The notes under the pieces were generated by a model. That model saw nothing but the letters and a program-made list of their open reading frames with translations. It did no database searches and was not told the origin of the DNA. Below are positions 27,058 to 40,977 of a DNA stretch of 64,000 bases, one piece after another (the stretch's first letter is position 1; each line of letters begins with the position of its first letter). Source of the stretch: Octopus vulgaris (taxonomy: Eukaryota); contig OX597831.1 of NCBI GenBank assembly GCA_951406725.2, positions 16,554,001 through 16,618,000 on the forward strand, read 5' to 3'. The position numbers and the translations under genes were made by a program.

Positions 27058-28360
27058 AAAGGGAGCCTCTCTCGACAACAAGACAAACAAACATTTCGAT
27101 GATTGCCTACATTGTAAACAAAGCGATAATGAGTGTTTTTTTTTTAAAAACCGTTAGAAGAACTGACGTCAAAAATAGATAGTAGGAAGAGAAGGGTTAA
27201 AGTGATAATAGGTAGGCAACAGTATGTTTGCTGTATGTATGGAAATGTTTGGGTGTGTGCTTGTGTTAATGAGTGCGTGTCTTTGTGTGTGTATAACTGC
27301 ATTTCAGGAGTATAAAAAAATAATAAAATTTCGTTAAAATAACTGTTTATTCTGTTTTGTAGTGAGAAAAAAGGCCGAAAAATAAAATTGCAGAAGAGAA
27401 AAAGAGAATTGTACACTTCAACCAGCGAGAAAACTATTGAAAATAACCGTTAGCAGATATGAATGTTTAAACGACATCGGGCAAGCTGCATGACACCAGT
27501 CCACACGATCATACAAGCATTACCAAATTAACAAATAATAGAAAAAATCATTAAAATGTCTGTTCCACAATCCAGCTTCCTGTTTTGTAGAGATAAAAAC
27601 ACAGCCAGACGGAGGAAATTCTTCATATACACAGAAGATCCAAAAATAAAACTGCAGAAGATAAAAAATGAAACGAACACTTAATGCAGGGATTTTCAGC
27701 TTTGCTGCCAATTTTCCAAAATTCAAAGTTAATTGAATGTTTGGTATATCAATTTCGTTTCCAAAATGAATATGCAGAAAAAATTGAAAAATGTTGTAGA
27801 CGCTTAAATTTTGATAATTTTAAGCTAATCAGAAAACAGGATTAAAGAAGCTATTATTTTGTGCGTGACAGCACGTGTTCTCAACTGTAAACGAACCAGA
27901 TATTGGCGGAATTCGGTTTTACGCAGGCAACCTAACCCCTCAATTCAGTTTTAATTTATTTTGGGGAATTTTAAGATAATTTTTGAAATTTTTTTCTACA
28001 CGCACGAAGTCGTACGATTGTGCAAAAACCTACGAATAGATTTGCGAAGTGCGCGATATAAGGGCTATTTAGCTGCTGTTTTAGCACACCTCACCACTGA
28101 TTCCATTGAAAATTAATATTTGTTAACACATGCTCCACTTCTTACCTTGGAAACAGGCTTGAATGTGTCTGTAGCACCAGATTTGCTAAAATTACCCCAA
28201 AATTGGGAACCTTATATCTGTAAACACATTATCTATTGATTTATGGTGACAATGAATTTCGAGGCGTCGATTAGCATTTAAATATATATCATTACACAGA
28301 ACATGAAATCAATTCAAACAGAAAATAAAGACTTATAATTAGCAGCCAGATAAAAAAGAT

Positions 28361-28408
<48 letters not shown>

Positions 28409-29180
28409 CATGTATGTGTGTGAGTGTGTGCGTGTGTGTGCGTGTGTGTGTGTCTGTGTCTGTGTGTGTGCATGTGTGCTTGTGTGTGTGTGTGCGTGTA
28501 CGTGTGTGTGCGTGTGTGGGTGTGCGTGTGTGTATACATGCACATTACGTCAAGACTTCCGAATTTAACAATGAGTTTTCTCCCATCTCAAAAAGTAAAA
28601 TAATTTCTGCAGTGATATAAATGATTATCTTTATTAATGAAGAACTGTAATTAATTTCTTTTAAAATATAATAAAAATCTTAGGTTTGCAACATTTGTTA
28701 CAAAACAATTTGTTGTTATATTCCCAAAACTAACAGGAATTTGGTTTCTCTTGTCATTTATATTTCTATACACTTATTTGTCTCATACAATACATTCTAT
28801 ATATTTTATAGACAGATACGTTAATAAGCATTTGTTATGAGTACTTACTGATTTGTTGAATTCGTACGTTATGAAAATATTCCACTTTAATAATTAGATA
28901 TTCATAATTATATAAATGGTGTCTCTGAAGGGAGTCTGTCGGTTAAAACTTGTCTTCAAAATAATAATTTAGAATTTAATTACCACTTATATATGGAGTG
29001 TCTATTTACAACCATACACATATAAAAGCACAAATGTCATCCCTGTCAACATCTATATATAACATTATATATATATATAATCATATATATATATAATTAT
29101 ATAAAATATTATTAGAGACAAAACCACTATTTTGCAAAACAAACAAGGAAAGACTTAATCAATACATAAAAAAATATAAT

Positions 29181-29702
29181 ATAATCTTTTTTCTCAGGAA
29201 CTATTAGACCTGACACCGTATATTAACCGGTGTTGTTCAAATGATGAATAGCCTTCACGTAAGGCAATTGCTTCGTTTTATTCTCTTACTTTATTATAAT
29301 CTTATAATCATCTCATAATAACGACCTTTATGACTCGTATTACTACGTCAGTCAATTATATATATATATAATTTGCCATCAAGATGTAGGACAAGATACT
29401 GTGATAGCCTGGGCTTCAAAGGCCCACAGCTCTTCAATATCCTCCCGAATAACCTGAGGGACCTGCATAGGGTGGATGCGGATGTCTTTAAAGTAAGACT
29501 GGATCTCTTCCTGTCAGGTGTCCTGGCTGAACCAACTTCACGGCAGGAGGTGCAATTGAGGGCAGCTGCATCGAACTCTCTCATGCACCGAATGGCTGTT
29601 GCTAAAAAGCATTCGTGAAGTAAAATCATGTAGCAACACCAAATGGCGGTGCCCCGGCAAGGCCATAGCTTGTGAGCTGAAACTAGATGAAATAAAATAA
29701 AA

Positions 29703-29786
<84 letters not shown>

Positions 29787-30830
29787 TGTTACGAAAATAA
29801 AATATAAAATACACGTGGAAATGTAAGGGTAAAATATGAAAGATCAACGAAAATGCATATTGCAGATAGAAAAAGGCTCTTTATGACAGGTAGTGACAAA
29901 TATATACATTTAGATTGACTGACGTAGTAATACGAGTCATAAAGGTCGTTATTATGAGATGATTATAAGATTATAATAAAGTAAGAGAATAAAACGAAGC
30001 AATTGCCTTACGTGAAGGCTATTCATCATTTGAACAACACCGGTTAATATACGGTGTCAGGTCTAATAGTTCCTGAGAAAAAAGATTATTAGTAAGGGAG
30101 GTAAGTAGTTCTGGAAGTAGAGATGTGAGTGATGTAGGTAGTGTATAGGGTTTAGTGGTTTAAATTGAAGAGTTAGTAGTGTTCTGTATTGAGTTGCGTG
30201 TTCATATTTAGTTGGGAGAGAAATTTGTTAATGAAAAATGCCTCTTTATTCAACCTTTGTTGCATTGTGGTGTTCTGTGAGCATTGGTAAAATGGAAATA
30301 TTTGGAAATTGGGATTAAGATTCCTGGCACATGTGTTCACTCATCTTTAACTATCTGTATTGTGGGTGACGGATTTGCTCTTTGTGAATGGTAATTCTTT
30401 GACGGAGCGAAATTCCTGTTTGTCCAATATATAGTTTACCACATCCTATGCATGTCATGCCATAGATTACATTTGCTGAGGCGCAGGTGAAATTTGATTT
30501 GATCTTAAATATTTCTCCTTGTTTGAATTGGAATTCTGAACCCTCCAGAAGGTGGAGGCATGTTCCACATTTAGAACGTCCACATTTTCTCACTTTTGGC
30601 TCAGTAGTTAGTGGGTAAAATCTAGCGCTGGTTAATATTCTTTTCAATGACTTCGGTTGCTTTTTTGCTTTTTATAATTTTAAATGAAATTAAAATTTCG
30701 TTCATTGTTTTGTCTGCTGTGAGAATGGGAATGTTTTGGGTGATGATGTCGAAGGCTTCGTTATTTCTGGGGTTATGTGTGGAGATGTACGGGAGTATTT
30801 TTAAGTCTTGTTTAGTATTAGCTAGTTTTC
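29181..30830 (-). mobile_element. Penelope-like element 3' part: GIY-YIG endonuclease (30351-30647) with inverted pLTR segment (29181-29356 / 29914-30089)
   Basis: KCGRSKCGTC...NVIYGMTCIGCGKLYIGQTG..LRQRITIH; 176-bp inverted copy. Confidence 0.85.
29373..29705 (+). mobile_element. 5'-truncated LINE 3' end
   Basis: GPQLFNILP...FKVRLDLFL...AASNSL, homologous to the LINE C-terminus at 21851-22303; aaata tail. Confidence 0.8.
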
Positions 30831-31171
30831 CTTAATCTTTGTATATCTATTCCCTTTGTTCTTATATATATATATACATATAAAAGGAATGACCACTAGG
30901 TGAATCCCTAATATGCTAAACGTAGACATCCTATAGTCTGAAAAAATGCTGCAAGGAATTTCGTCAAACGCCAGAACGTAGAGTGAGCAAGACAAATGGA
31001 AAGACACAAAATATCATGATTAGTCACATACCTAGATTTCTTGTCAGAATTTATATTACGTAAATGTTTACAAATCCTCAGTGTGATCGTCACTGATAAT
31101 ATAATTTGAAGAACTATAAACGAGACCTCCTTCCGAGAGATAAGATGCATACAGTTCTATCAACCCGCATA

Positions 31172-31260
<89 letters not shown>

Positions 31261-32629
31261 AAGTAGTTGAATGAATTATCCTAGTATGGATAATTCGGTT
31301 AACCGATCCCCGGATAGCAAATTCACGTCAGAAAAACACGGTTGGAGCTACATGCCAAGGGCAGAGATCACGTGCTTTCGTGTGGACATTTGTGTGTGTT
31401 TTTTAATACAATAAATGAAATATGAGGCAGTGGCAATGGAAAGGTCTGCTTCAAGGCAGACAGCAAAACGCTAACATTTAAATGGGACAGACGAACTTGC
31501 GAGCTGAATAAAAATAATAAAATATTGGAAACCAAAGTTTGAAGCGATAGAATCTGAGGATAGTAGAGTCACCATGGCTGGCATTTGTTAACGACGGACA
31601 GCAACGTAGTAACAGTTTAACGGCTGCCGTAAAATTTTGAACTTGATGTAAAAGAAAATTCGTAAACACCAAGTTTTGAAGTGATTCTTTCTCACGACAG
31701 TAGACTCACCATGGCAAGCATTCAAAACTTCTTTATCATGGACGGCAACACATTGACGATTAAAAGGCTGGCGCAAATTTCTTAGCTTGATGTAACAGAG
31801 AATTCCTAAACACCCGCTCCTTGAAATTTCAATCCCCTTCCAGCCCCATTTAGACCCCTTTTCACATTTTGGTTAATATAACCCAATTTCATTCGGGTCT
31901 ACTGGGGTTACATTTTATAAGATGAGGAATTTTTGTCCTAGAGGTGACGCCTTTCATTTGAGGAACAAAATAGTTGTCATGCAAACTTGTCAGCACCTTT
32001 AACATAGGTGTGCATATTTTCAGCTGAATCGACCGACTACGTAATGCACACATTATATATATATGTGTATATATATATGTGTGTGTGCGTGTGTGTGCAC
32101 ACATTATATATACAAATGTATACAAATGAGATATATATCTGTATAAATTAAATTAGAGATAAAACCACTAATAGGCAAATCAAACAGTGAAAAACCAAAA
32201 ACAAAAACATAAAAAAAGAAAATATAACATAGAAAATATATATATATATAAAACTGTAGTTGTGTGAGTGTCTGTCCCCTTCGATTTAGATTCCTAACTA
32301 CTCCCACATTTTGCGGTGCAGTTTAACCAAATTCGGGTATCTTATAGTCGTGATTAATATCGAGCCCGTCTGGGTAATAGCGAGCGTCTACGATGAGTCT
32401 ACGATTTTAAAAATAATTTAACATCATTTTTTATTCCATTTTAATGCATATTTTTTCGTGTGTCGATGGCGGCGGAGTTTTAGAACAACGACTTCATGAC
32501 TTGAAGTTGCCAAAACAGAAATCGCTAAAAAAGCTGAAACAGATCCACAAAAACGGCAAAAACCGCCACACAGGGCAGGTTTCCTGTGCAAACAATTTGC
32601 ACAACCGAATGTTTTATTTGTTGCACAAA

Positions 32630-33128
32630 TCTTTATATATAAAAGTAAGGTTGTGTGTCTGTCTCCTGCGATTTAGATTCCTAACTACTCCCACATTTTG
32701 CGGTGCAGTGTAACCAAAACCAGGTATCTTATAGTTGTGATTCATATCGAGCCCTTCTGGGTATTAGCGCGCGTCTACAATAAGGCTACGATTTTTAAAA
32801 AAAATTACCTTAATTTTTATTCATTTTAATGCATTTTCGCTATTATATAAGAGAAGTAACTCTCTAAAAATGTCTACGATGAGTCAACGATTAAAAAAAA
32901 AATTACCATCATTTTTTATTCCATTTTAATGCATTTTTCGCTATTATATAAGGGAAGTAACTCTCTAAAAATGTCTACGATGAGTCAAAGATTTAAAAAA
33001 AAATTATTATCATTTTTTATTCCATTTTTAATGCATTTTTTGCTGGTTTTTTTTTGCTATAACTCACTAAAAATGCTTATATAGTTATTTGCCTTACAAA
33101 CCCGAGCAACGCCGGGCGATACTGCTAG
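32630..33128 (+). mobile_element. Non-autonomous Helitron (partial second copy ~32245-32460)
   Basis: A|TC 5' end, CTAG|T 3' end, subterminal hairpin cccg-agcaacgc-cggg, internal ~120-bp tandem repeats. Confidence 0.75.
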
Positions 33129-33807
33129 TAAAATATAAAATTGAAAACTTTAAATTATTTAAATTGAAAATAAAAATTATTAAATTATATTTATAATTTG
33201 TTTAAAAATATATATAACTATGAAAAAGTATAGAAAAAGTTTAATATACATAAATACAGATATATACACTTTGTATATATACATTATATATACATATTTA
33301 TATATAGAACACACACACACATACATACATACATTATATATACATATTTATATATAGAACACACACACACACATAAATGAACGCAAGAATAACTGATTCA
33401 TAATATTTGTTCTCATGCTCGTGTGTTGATTGTTGGTGACAGACATATGCTTAAAAGAACGCCGCCGAAGTGATAGGAAGGTAGGAAACAGAGTCAGTGA
33501 AAAAGAAAGGAAACAGCGATAGTGACAGATACTTTAAATAACGGTAGTGGAATTGTGAAAGTTATGAAGAGGAGTAAGAGAGGGAAAGGAGGAAATAGGG
33601 TGAGTGAGGAAGATGGCCCCTGGCAAACACACCTTTTAAGATAGGGATTTCTAAGGTAGCCCACGAGCATCGTCACCTCATTCTACATGTCCCTGTAAAT
33701 TTTGGAGCGAATCGGACGGGATGTAGTGGCATTGAAAGCGATAATTTATATATATTATATATTATATTATTATATATATATATTATTCCAAGCGGTAAAA
33801 ACGCATT

Positions 33808-33880
<73 letters not shown>

Positions 33881-34981
33881 TGTGTATATGACACATTATC
33901 TTGTACATGTATAGACACATTATCTTGTGGTTAGTATTCGATTATCTCAAAATTCATGCCATTAAGACTTGAAACATGGGGAATTTACAACCGTGTTTCG
34001 TGGTCTACTACCATAACAGCTCCTTTATAGAATCTAGTTAGCTCAAGACATCATCAGGAGGAACCACGTCCAGTTTTTCCCCTTACTCCTCTACCATTTT
34101 GACGTGGTGGGGGCCCCTTTTCGGAGGTGTCTTCAGCTCTGGTGTTTGGGCATGTCTTCTTTCTTCTGTTCCCTGGACTCTTCGATGTAGCGTCAGCGAG
34201 TGTCAGCCTGTGACTTGTCAAATTTTCCGGTTTTACTGGGTTTACTGGGTTTAGTTATTCGATGAGCTATCACTTTCCAACATTTAATTGAATCTGGCAT
34301 CTATTTTATAAAAGTCTGTTTCATGAACTCTAAGAAACTATGGTACCCAATACCCGATTCAAAAAGACGAGTAATCACACATACATACACACACACACGC
34401 ACATACAAGGTGTAAAATCAATGTGTGGTAGCGACAATTGTTTTCTATTCACAGGGTTCTACGTTCCGTCTCACTGCATGGTGGCTTGGGCATTTTCTAC
34501 TACAGCTCTGGACCCACCAGAGACTTCTGTCTCAACGTGGTAGAGGGAAACTGCTGCATCGTTTATTACAAAATAACCGAAACACATGTTTGTAAAAAAG
34601 CGCTGTTCGATTCATGTTCTTCGTGTGCCGAATCTGCCGATAAGAAAGGACGACTACAACTTTCCGTCACCTGTCTCGTTAATACTATTAGAGGATAATT
34701 TCATACCAAAATAACATCACCAATATATTCCATTTGTTTAGTGTTGGTCCACTTAAATCATCTTTCTCACTCCCTTTTTCCCCTTTTTTTACTGTACACA
34801 CATATTTCTGTGCGTATGTGTATATACGTATGAATATATAGGAATGAATACATGTATATATGTTTGAATTTCTCTGCGTGTATGTATGCGTAATGTCCCA
34901 TGTTCTTATACGTAAGTTTGTGTACATGAGTTTCTATGAATATAAACATGTGTATGTCTCTATATAATTTGCTTATATATG

Positions 34982-35078
<97 letters not shown>

Positions 35079-35399
35079 ATGTATAAATGTGTCCGTGTTT
35101 GTGTTGAATGTCCGTGTTTTATGTATCTCTCTTGGTGTTTGCCTGTGTGTACACTTCTATTTAAATTGTCTACCTAAGCAGTGAATAAAGCCTAAATTAT
35201 CAGTTTGCTGATCGCTTTCAACCAGGAATCATTGATTAGAGATACCATTTGTAAACTTACAAACATCTAATTATGAAAGTGGAAAAATTGTCAGAAAAAA
35301 GCCATTTCTATTCATTTTGTCAAATATATCATATGGTACCTAGGACTTTCTATTTTTTATGCTATGATATTTACGTCGGTGTTCGTGTGTATGGCAGCG

Positions 35400-35425
<26 letters not shown>

Positions 35426-35431
<6 letters not shown>

Positions 35432-35655
35432 AAATTTAAAGGAATGACCACTAAAAGTGGACATCGCGTATGCTAGATATAGACGTCAAAATCGCCATTT
35501 TCCACGGTGAATGCGTTCTCAAGAAAAACCTCAGCAAAAAACTAAAGATGAATTCTTTCTTGAGAACACATTTTCCGTGGAAAATGGCGATTTTGATGTC
35601 TATATCTAGCATAGAGGCTGTCCACTTTTAGTGGTCGATCCTCTAAATTTTGTAT
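35426..35655. repeat. ~230-bp hairpin / foldback element
   Basis: gaccactaaaagtggaca...ttctcaagaaa versus tttcttgagaa...tgtccacttttagtggtc; arm resembles 30883-30930. Confidence 0.8.
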
Positions 35656-35735
35656 GTAAAAACAGTGTTAATATTCGGATTTTTAAATATGCTAGGCCAC
35701 TAGTTTTAATTGATTAATATCAATTTCTACCCTTA

Positions 35736-35791
<56 letters not shown>

Positions 35792-35924
35792 TATATTATA
35801 TTATATATTATATTATATTATATTATATTATATTATATTATATTATATTGGTGTACGTTCCTCTGTATATGTGTTTATATATGGGTACATGCATATTATT
35901 AACACGATCAGTTGTGCATTTCAG

Positions 35925-36032
35925 CTTCGTAACAGAACAGATGTCAACAGTGACACAGCATGTAGTTTCCAATGTAACATTCTGTTAATATTTCACCATT
36001 ATGCGAGAGCTGGTGTAGTTTTTCATCAATAA
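35925..36032 (+). CDS. Gene B exon 4, probably terminal by read-through (LRNRTDVNSDTACSFQCNILLIFHHYARAGVVFHQ*)
   Basis: atttcag acceptor homologous to gene C 53340; donor position reads GC (35958) instead of GT; open to TAA with overlapping AATAAA; no exon-5 homologue seen before gene C. Confidence 0.5.
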   Translation, partial: LRNRTDVNSDTACSFQCNILLIFHHYARAGVVFHQ

Positions 36033-36240
36033 ACTCAGGTTATCACCGAATAAGTATTTCAATATCTTATCCAGATTGTGAAGTGTTATAATGGAATTTC
36101 AGTATTGTTTTAGTTCTTAATTTCCACACAAACCTTTCGAATATTCCTAACAAAACAGATTTAATAACTGCGAAATGTTTCATTAATATAACTTCAAAGT
36201 AAGATCTATACTGAATTGTGCTGTCGTTGGTATGATAGCC

Positions 36241-36264
36241 GTAGTAGTAGTAGTAGTAGTAGTT

Positions 36265-36296
<32 letters not shown>

Positions 36297-36387
36297 TGTA
36301 GTAGTTGTAGTAGTAGTGGTGGTGGTGGTGGTGGTGGTGGTGGTGGTGGTGGTGGTGGTGGTGATGGTGGTAGTAGTAGTAGTAGTG

Positions 36388-36426
<39 letters not shown>

Positions 36427-36434
36427 AGTAGTAA

Positions 36435-36474
<40 letters not shown>

Positions 36475-36522
36475 GGTGGTGGTGGTGGTGGTGATGGTGG
36501 TGGTGGTGGTGGTGGTGGCGGC

Positions 36523-36598
<76 letters not shown>
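36241..36598. repeat. (GTA)n/(GTG)n compound microsatellite
   Basis: Read directly; similar tracts at 41633-41810 and 56625-56825. Confidence 0.95.
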
Positions 36599-37804
36599 AA
36601 TCTTTTGTTTTATCAGTTGTTATGAACAACACACCCATTATGTTTATATGAGTGCATCATAGAACGCAGATAAAACTTAGAGATTTTCAAAATAATATGT
36701 CGGAAAAACTAATACCGTTGAGAAATATGTGGAAATATAATTTCATGTACAGATAATTAGTTTAACTCTCGGTGCATAATGCCTATAATGTTTCTTGGGA
36801 AGAACGGTGCAAGTGATATTCAGTGTTAACACGACAAGTTATCCTTTCCCCTTCTCTATCTAAAAATAAATAAATGCGCCCTTTTCAGGCCTAGCTAGGG
36901 TCATGCGCCCGGTTCCCCGGTTTCTATGGCATATATGTTCACCAGCTGGACGGTGAAGATCAGTCTCTTTTCTCCAATTCCAGTGTGAGTGCTATATCAC
37001 TTGTGCAATATGAAATTCGGATTTTACCTATCAACATTGCCAATATTACGTTGGCATAAATTTCCAAATTCCCACAAAGCATGTTCACAGTGCCTTCCGT
37101 CGTCGTCTACAGCATTTCTTTCCCCCTCACGTGACACTTAACTAGTACCGCGTCCTTTAACATTCCTTAGAGGCATTTTTAGGATGGAACAGAACTCGTC
37201 AAATCCAAACGTCTCCTGAACATATTCTGTTATGTCTGGGGAGAGTCATTTACTTTTTGTGCCTTATAATGTAACACACACACACACACCGGTGAAATTT
37301 CCACTTATTTCTATTTTCCTAAATTTTAAACTGCGTCTTGCAACCTTTTCAATAGTCTTGACTCTTGAACAGATACCTCCAAATAATCTTAGTTTTAACC
37401 ACGGAACTATAAATCTTTGCGAAAGTTATTAATACGTGGTTAATAGTCAATGAGTAGATGATTTAGTTTTTGGTCTGTTGTAATCCAAAATGAGGATTAC
37501 AGCGTGAAATATATAATGACATTTCCACCTGTTGTCATTAGTTTAGCACTTGTCCGAGCTGATGAAGGCTAAAAAATATGCAAGTGTGTAAGTTTATGAA
37601 TAAACGATGATATATATTAACGTATATTTATGTGTTCTGTAAATCATTGAATGATTGAAACATATTATAATAACCCACCTCTCATAATTAATGAATCATT
37701 CCCGATGTCAGACATCTGTTACAATCCTCTTTATTAAAAAAAGACAAGGCTACTTATTCAACATTATTACACATGCAAACGTTTGCATTTACTCGATATT
37801 AACG

Positions 37805-37841
37805 ATGAAAATTACTCTCTTCGCTTTACTTCTGATGTTTG
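37805..37841 (+). CDS. Gene C exon 1, signal peptide (MKITLFALLLMF-G)
   Basis: ATG...TTTG|gtaaga phase-1 donor; paralog of gene B exon 1. Confidence 0.8.
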
Positions 37842-38119
37842 GTAAGATTTTTCTTAATTTATTTTTATTTCGATGTAAGTATGTTCCACTATTTTTAATC
37901 TCTCAACGGCTGAACATCAGCCACAAAAAAAAAAAACAACATCCGAACACCAAGTCGGGTACGACTTGGATTTTACACAGCTGGACAGTCGACATTTAAA
38001 GGTATGTGAAACGGGTTTTATCCTTCACTTTACAGTTCCTTATGCCACAAGTAATTTCGACAGTCGTATACACCTATATGTTCCTGGTGCTATTGTCTCC
38101 TTCCTCGACATTGCCACGA

Positions 38120-40150
38120 GAATAAGTATCGGCAGCGATTGTATGAGACACGTCTGTGGTAAAAATCCTGTGATCGGTTAAAGCCGTAAAATGAAGGTGG
38201 AGGCCAGGTTGCAAGGTTGAGAAGATGTACAGGCAACGTAGATCGCGCGGCGCCTAAAGAAATCGGGCAGCGCCTCCTTTAAGGGAGGATCGTACTGTGC
38301 GTTGGACAAGATAACAATGGTCAGGTTCAGAACTGAAAAGGTATGCAACGGAGGTTCGGTGACTCGCCATACTAACTGGTTTTACAGAAAAGGCACTAGA
38401 AAAGATGACACGATTGAATCACAATCCAATCGCAGGATGGTTTCCAACATCATGCAAGACATGAGCATACGAGGCAAGCTTGGTTGACCAAGTGGCCAAG
38501 AGTATGGTGGCAATAATGCAGGAGATGCTAGAATGGGTAAGAGCAGAAAACCGAGTGTGAGAAAGCTGGTGTGTTCCCAAATTGGAGAACTTAACCATAT
38601 GGTGCGATGCTAGTAGCACAGCGATATGATTTGTCCTGGAAATCGGTGGTGTCGTGGCAGAATACGCAAGCGGGTTCCGACCGAAAATCAGACGAATACA
38701 ACCATTCTAACGTGGATTAGATGGAGGCAGTGCTGAAGTGGGTGACTCTGGCTCTAAGATGGGGTCTTGTCTCAATCGAAATCCGAACCAATTCGGGTAG
38801 TGTGCTTGGATGTGTAGGATATGTGATCTGCGATGAAAAGGTGTCTCGAACAAAAGAGTCTGCAGAATGGTTAGTAGATGCCGCCTAAGAAGGTAGGCTT
38901 GTCGCCGAATTTCGTTTAAAGCTGAACGTGACTTTGTGTCCTCTGAGAAGAATAAAGCAAATATTCTAACCAAGATGAAAAATGCCAGTTTGGTGATGAC
39001 TTAAGATTCGGAGCGGAGCATAGCTACAGTTTGTCGGCTCGGTGACTTTTAACTGAGCAAACCGTAAGCCATGCATCATATTGGCGCGGATAGAAAGAAC
39101 CATGTATCAAAAGCTCATCGGGAGCTCTAATCGGTCTCAATTCATCGAACCTACTCTGGGTGTGAGTGAAACATATCAATAGATCACAACTGGAGACAAA
39201 CTGGTGTTGGATGTGACACGTTATCGACAGAAGACAAATACCTCGCTGGTCGACTGCTGACCGGGTTTGATGGCCGTGTGCTGGGAAATTAAGACTGGTA
39301 CTGCAGATGAAGTTGCGCGTGTCCTGAACGACATATTCCTGGAGCGGGACGCAGTAGACAGATTGCTGTTGGACAACGGACCCTCATATAATTGATAAAT
39401 GCAACGTATACCGCTTCTTCATAGCGTCATACAGACCTTGTTAAAACAAGATCGTGGTAAGGCGCCACCGCTCCATCAAGGCCATAATGAAGAGAGGACG
39501 CATCTCAGCACTGGAAGCAGTTTTCCTACAACATATCACCCAGATCAGGACAGGCTGGTAAGTTGGTGTCACGCAATGCAATGTGTCGGTATGAATAGCG
39601 GCATCCGTGTACATTACAACACGCCGCAGGTAGAAGAGGAAGTTTGGGTCAAGCCTCCAAGGGTACGCTGTACATTTCAGTGGAACGAAGGCTGTTAATT
39701 CCAAACGTAATGTCCCCCTGGATGGAATGTCGCTTCATGTTTGGATGTTTGCAGAATTGTGAAGGAGCAGTAGCGAGCGGAAACCACATAAATGGGAGAT
39801 GTGACAGGAAGATGGAGATTTCAAAATGAAGTGGGAGGGTGACCTTTAAAATCACAGGAACGTGTGGGGATGAGCTAAAATGGTAGGATAGGGCAGTGTG
39901 CATAGGTGCGGCGTGTCGCCAGAGGAGGAAGCCGGAACGATTTAGCGATGGAATCAAGACAAGCGTGGCCCTGTTTGGCCTCGAAACTGTAGTGGTGATT
40001 GGGCACGTGGGGACGAGACAGTGACACGCGGACTTAGCAGTAGCTACTGCTGAAGGGCGAGACGCGTAGGTCACTTTTTGGATTTAACACGGCTGGACAG
40101 CCGACACAGGGAGGTTGGTGAATTCCGTTCTCTTCCTCACATTACAGTTT
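38120..40150 (+). mobile_element. Paralogous decayed Gypsy-like element in gene C intron 1
   Basis: Colinear with 14700-16830 (gccgtaaaatgaagg, tgcgatgctag, cacaactggag, gacaacgg); 3' LTR from ~39862 tgtggggatgag. Confidence 0.75.
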
Positions 40151-40164
40151 GATCATGCTAAAGC

Positions 40165-40217
<53 letters not shown>

Positions 40218-40218
40218 A

Positions 40219-40254
<36 letters not shown>

Positions 40255-40289
40255 ACCTATCTATCTATATGTCTGTCTGTCTATCTTTG

Positions 40290-40361
<72 letters not shown>

Positions 40362-40877
40362 AGTCTGTCTGTCTGTAGGTATATACATATATATGTTAAT
40401 ATGTTTACATTCATTCATGCATACAGGTAACACACATGTAGACCGAAAATATGCGAGTGAATTTCTTGCATATTTCGAAGATCTAATATATGCCATTTTT
40501 TTCTATTGTAACATATCGATGAGTGTTTGATCCATTTTAAAAATCTCGTTTGATATTGATTTTCTCTCAAAAAGAAGTCGGGCATCTTTTTTATAGAAAT
40601 CCCTTCATATTAGGTTATTTCTGCGCTGTTTATTGACTTGCAGATGTGACAAGACATAATAATACGTTACTACACATAACTATCATTGTTTTAAATAATT
40701 TACAAAGTATTCGTAAAATAATATTCATCCACCGGGCGTATCGTCATATAACAGAAGCTAAAATTTTTAAATCGTTCACCCTCTCGAAAGGTTAACAGAC
40801 TATAACGGATGTTTTACTAAGTGAGGTATTCGTTAAACACTTCAAAACTGAAAAAAAATAATTTTCGAACTTTCTAG

Positions 40878-40977
40878 GTGTTGCGGTGTCAGACGATTGC
40901 AGTAGATTGGCAGAGGAACGCTGTAGGTTGTCCAGAAAATATTTCTACACACTCCATCATCAATATCGTTTTTGCAG
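40878..40977 (+). CDS. Gene C exon 2 (GVAVSDDCSRLAEERCRLSRKYFYTLHHQYRFC-R)
   Basis: ctttctag acceptor, AG|gtat donor, 100 nt phase 1/2. Confidence 0.85.

Noticed and set aside
32780-33060. Regularly spaced repeats suggestive of a CRISPR-like array
   Set aside because: Whole ~120-bp units repeat with no unique spacers, inside a Helitron in eukaryotic DNA
33985-34058. Hammerhead-like CUGAUGA...GAAAC on the minus strand (similar weak cases near 5510-5555 and 6140-6215)
   Set aside because: Helix I/III pairing or core nucleotides are broken; probably dead relics and not supportable as ribozymes
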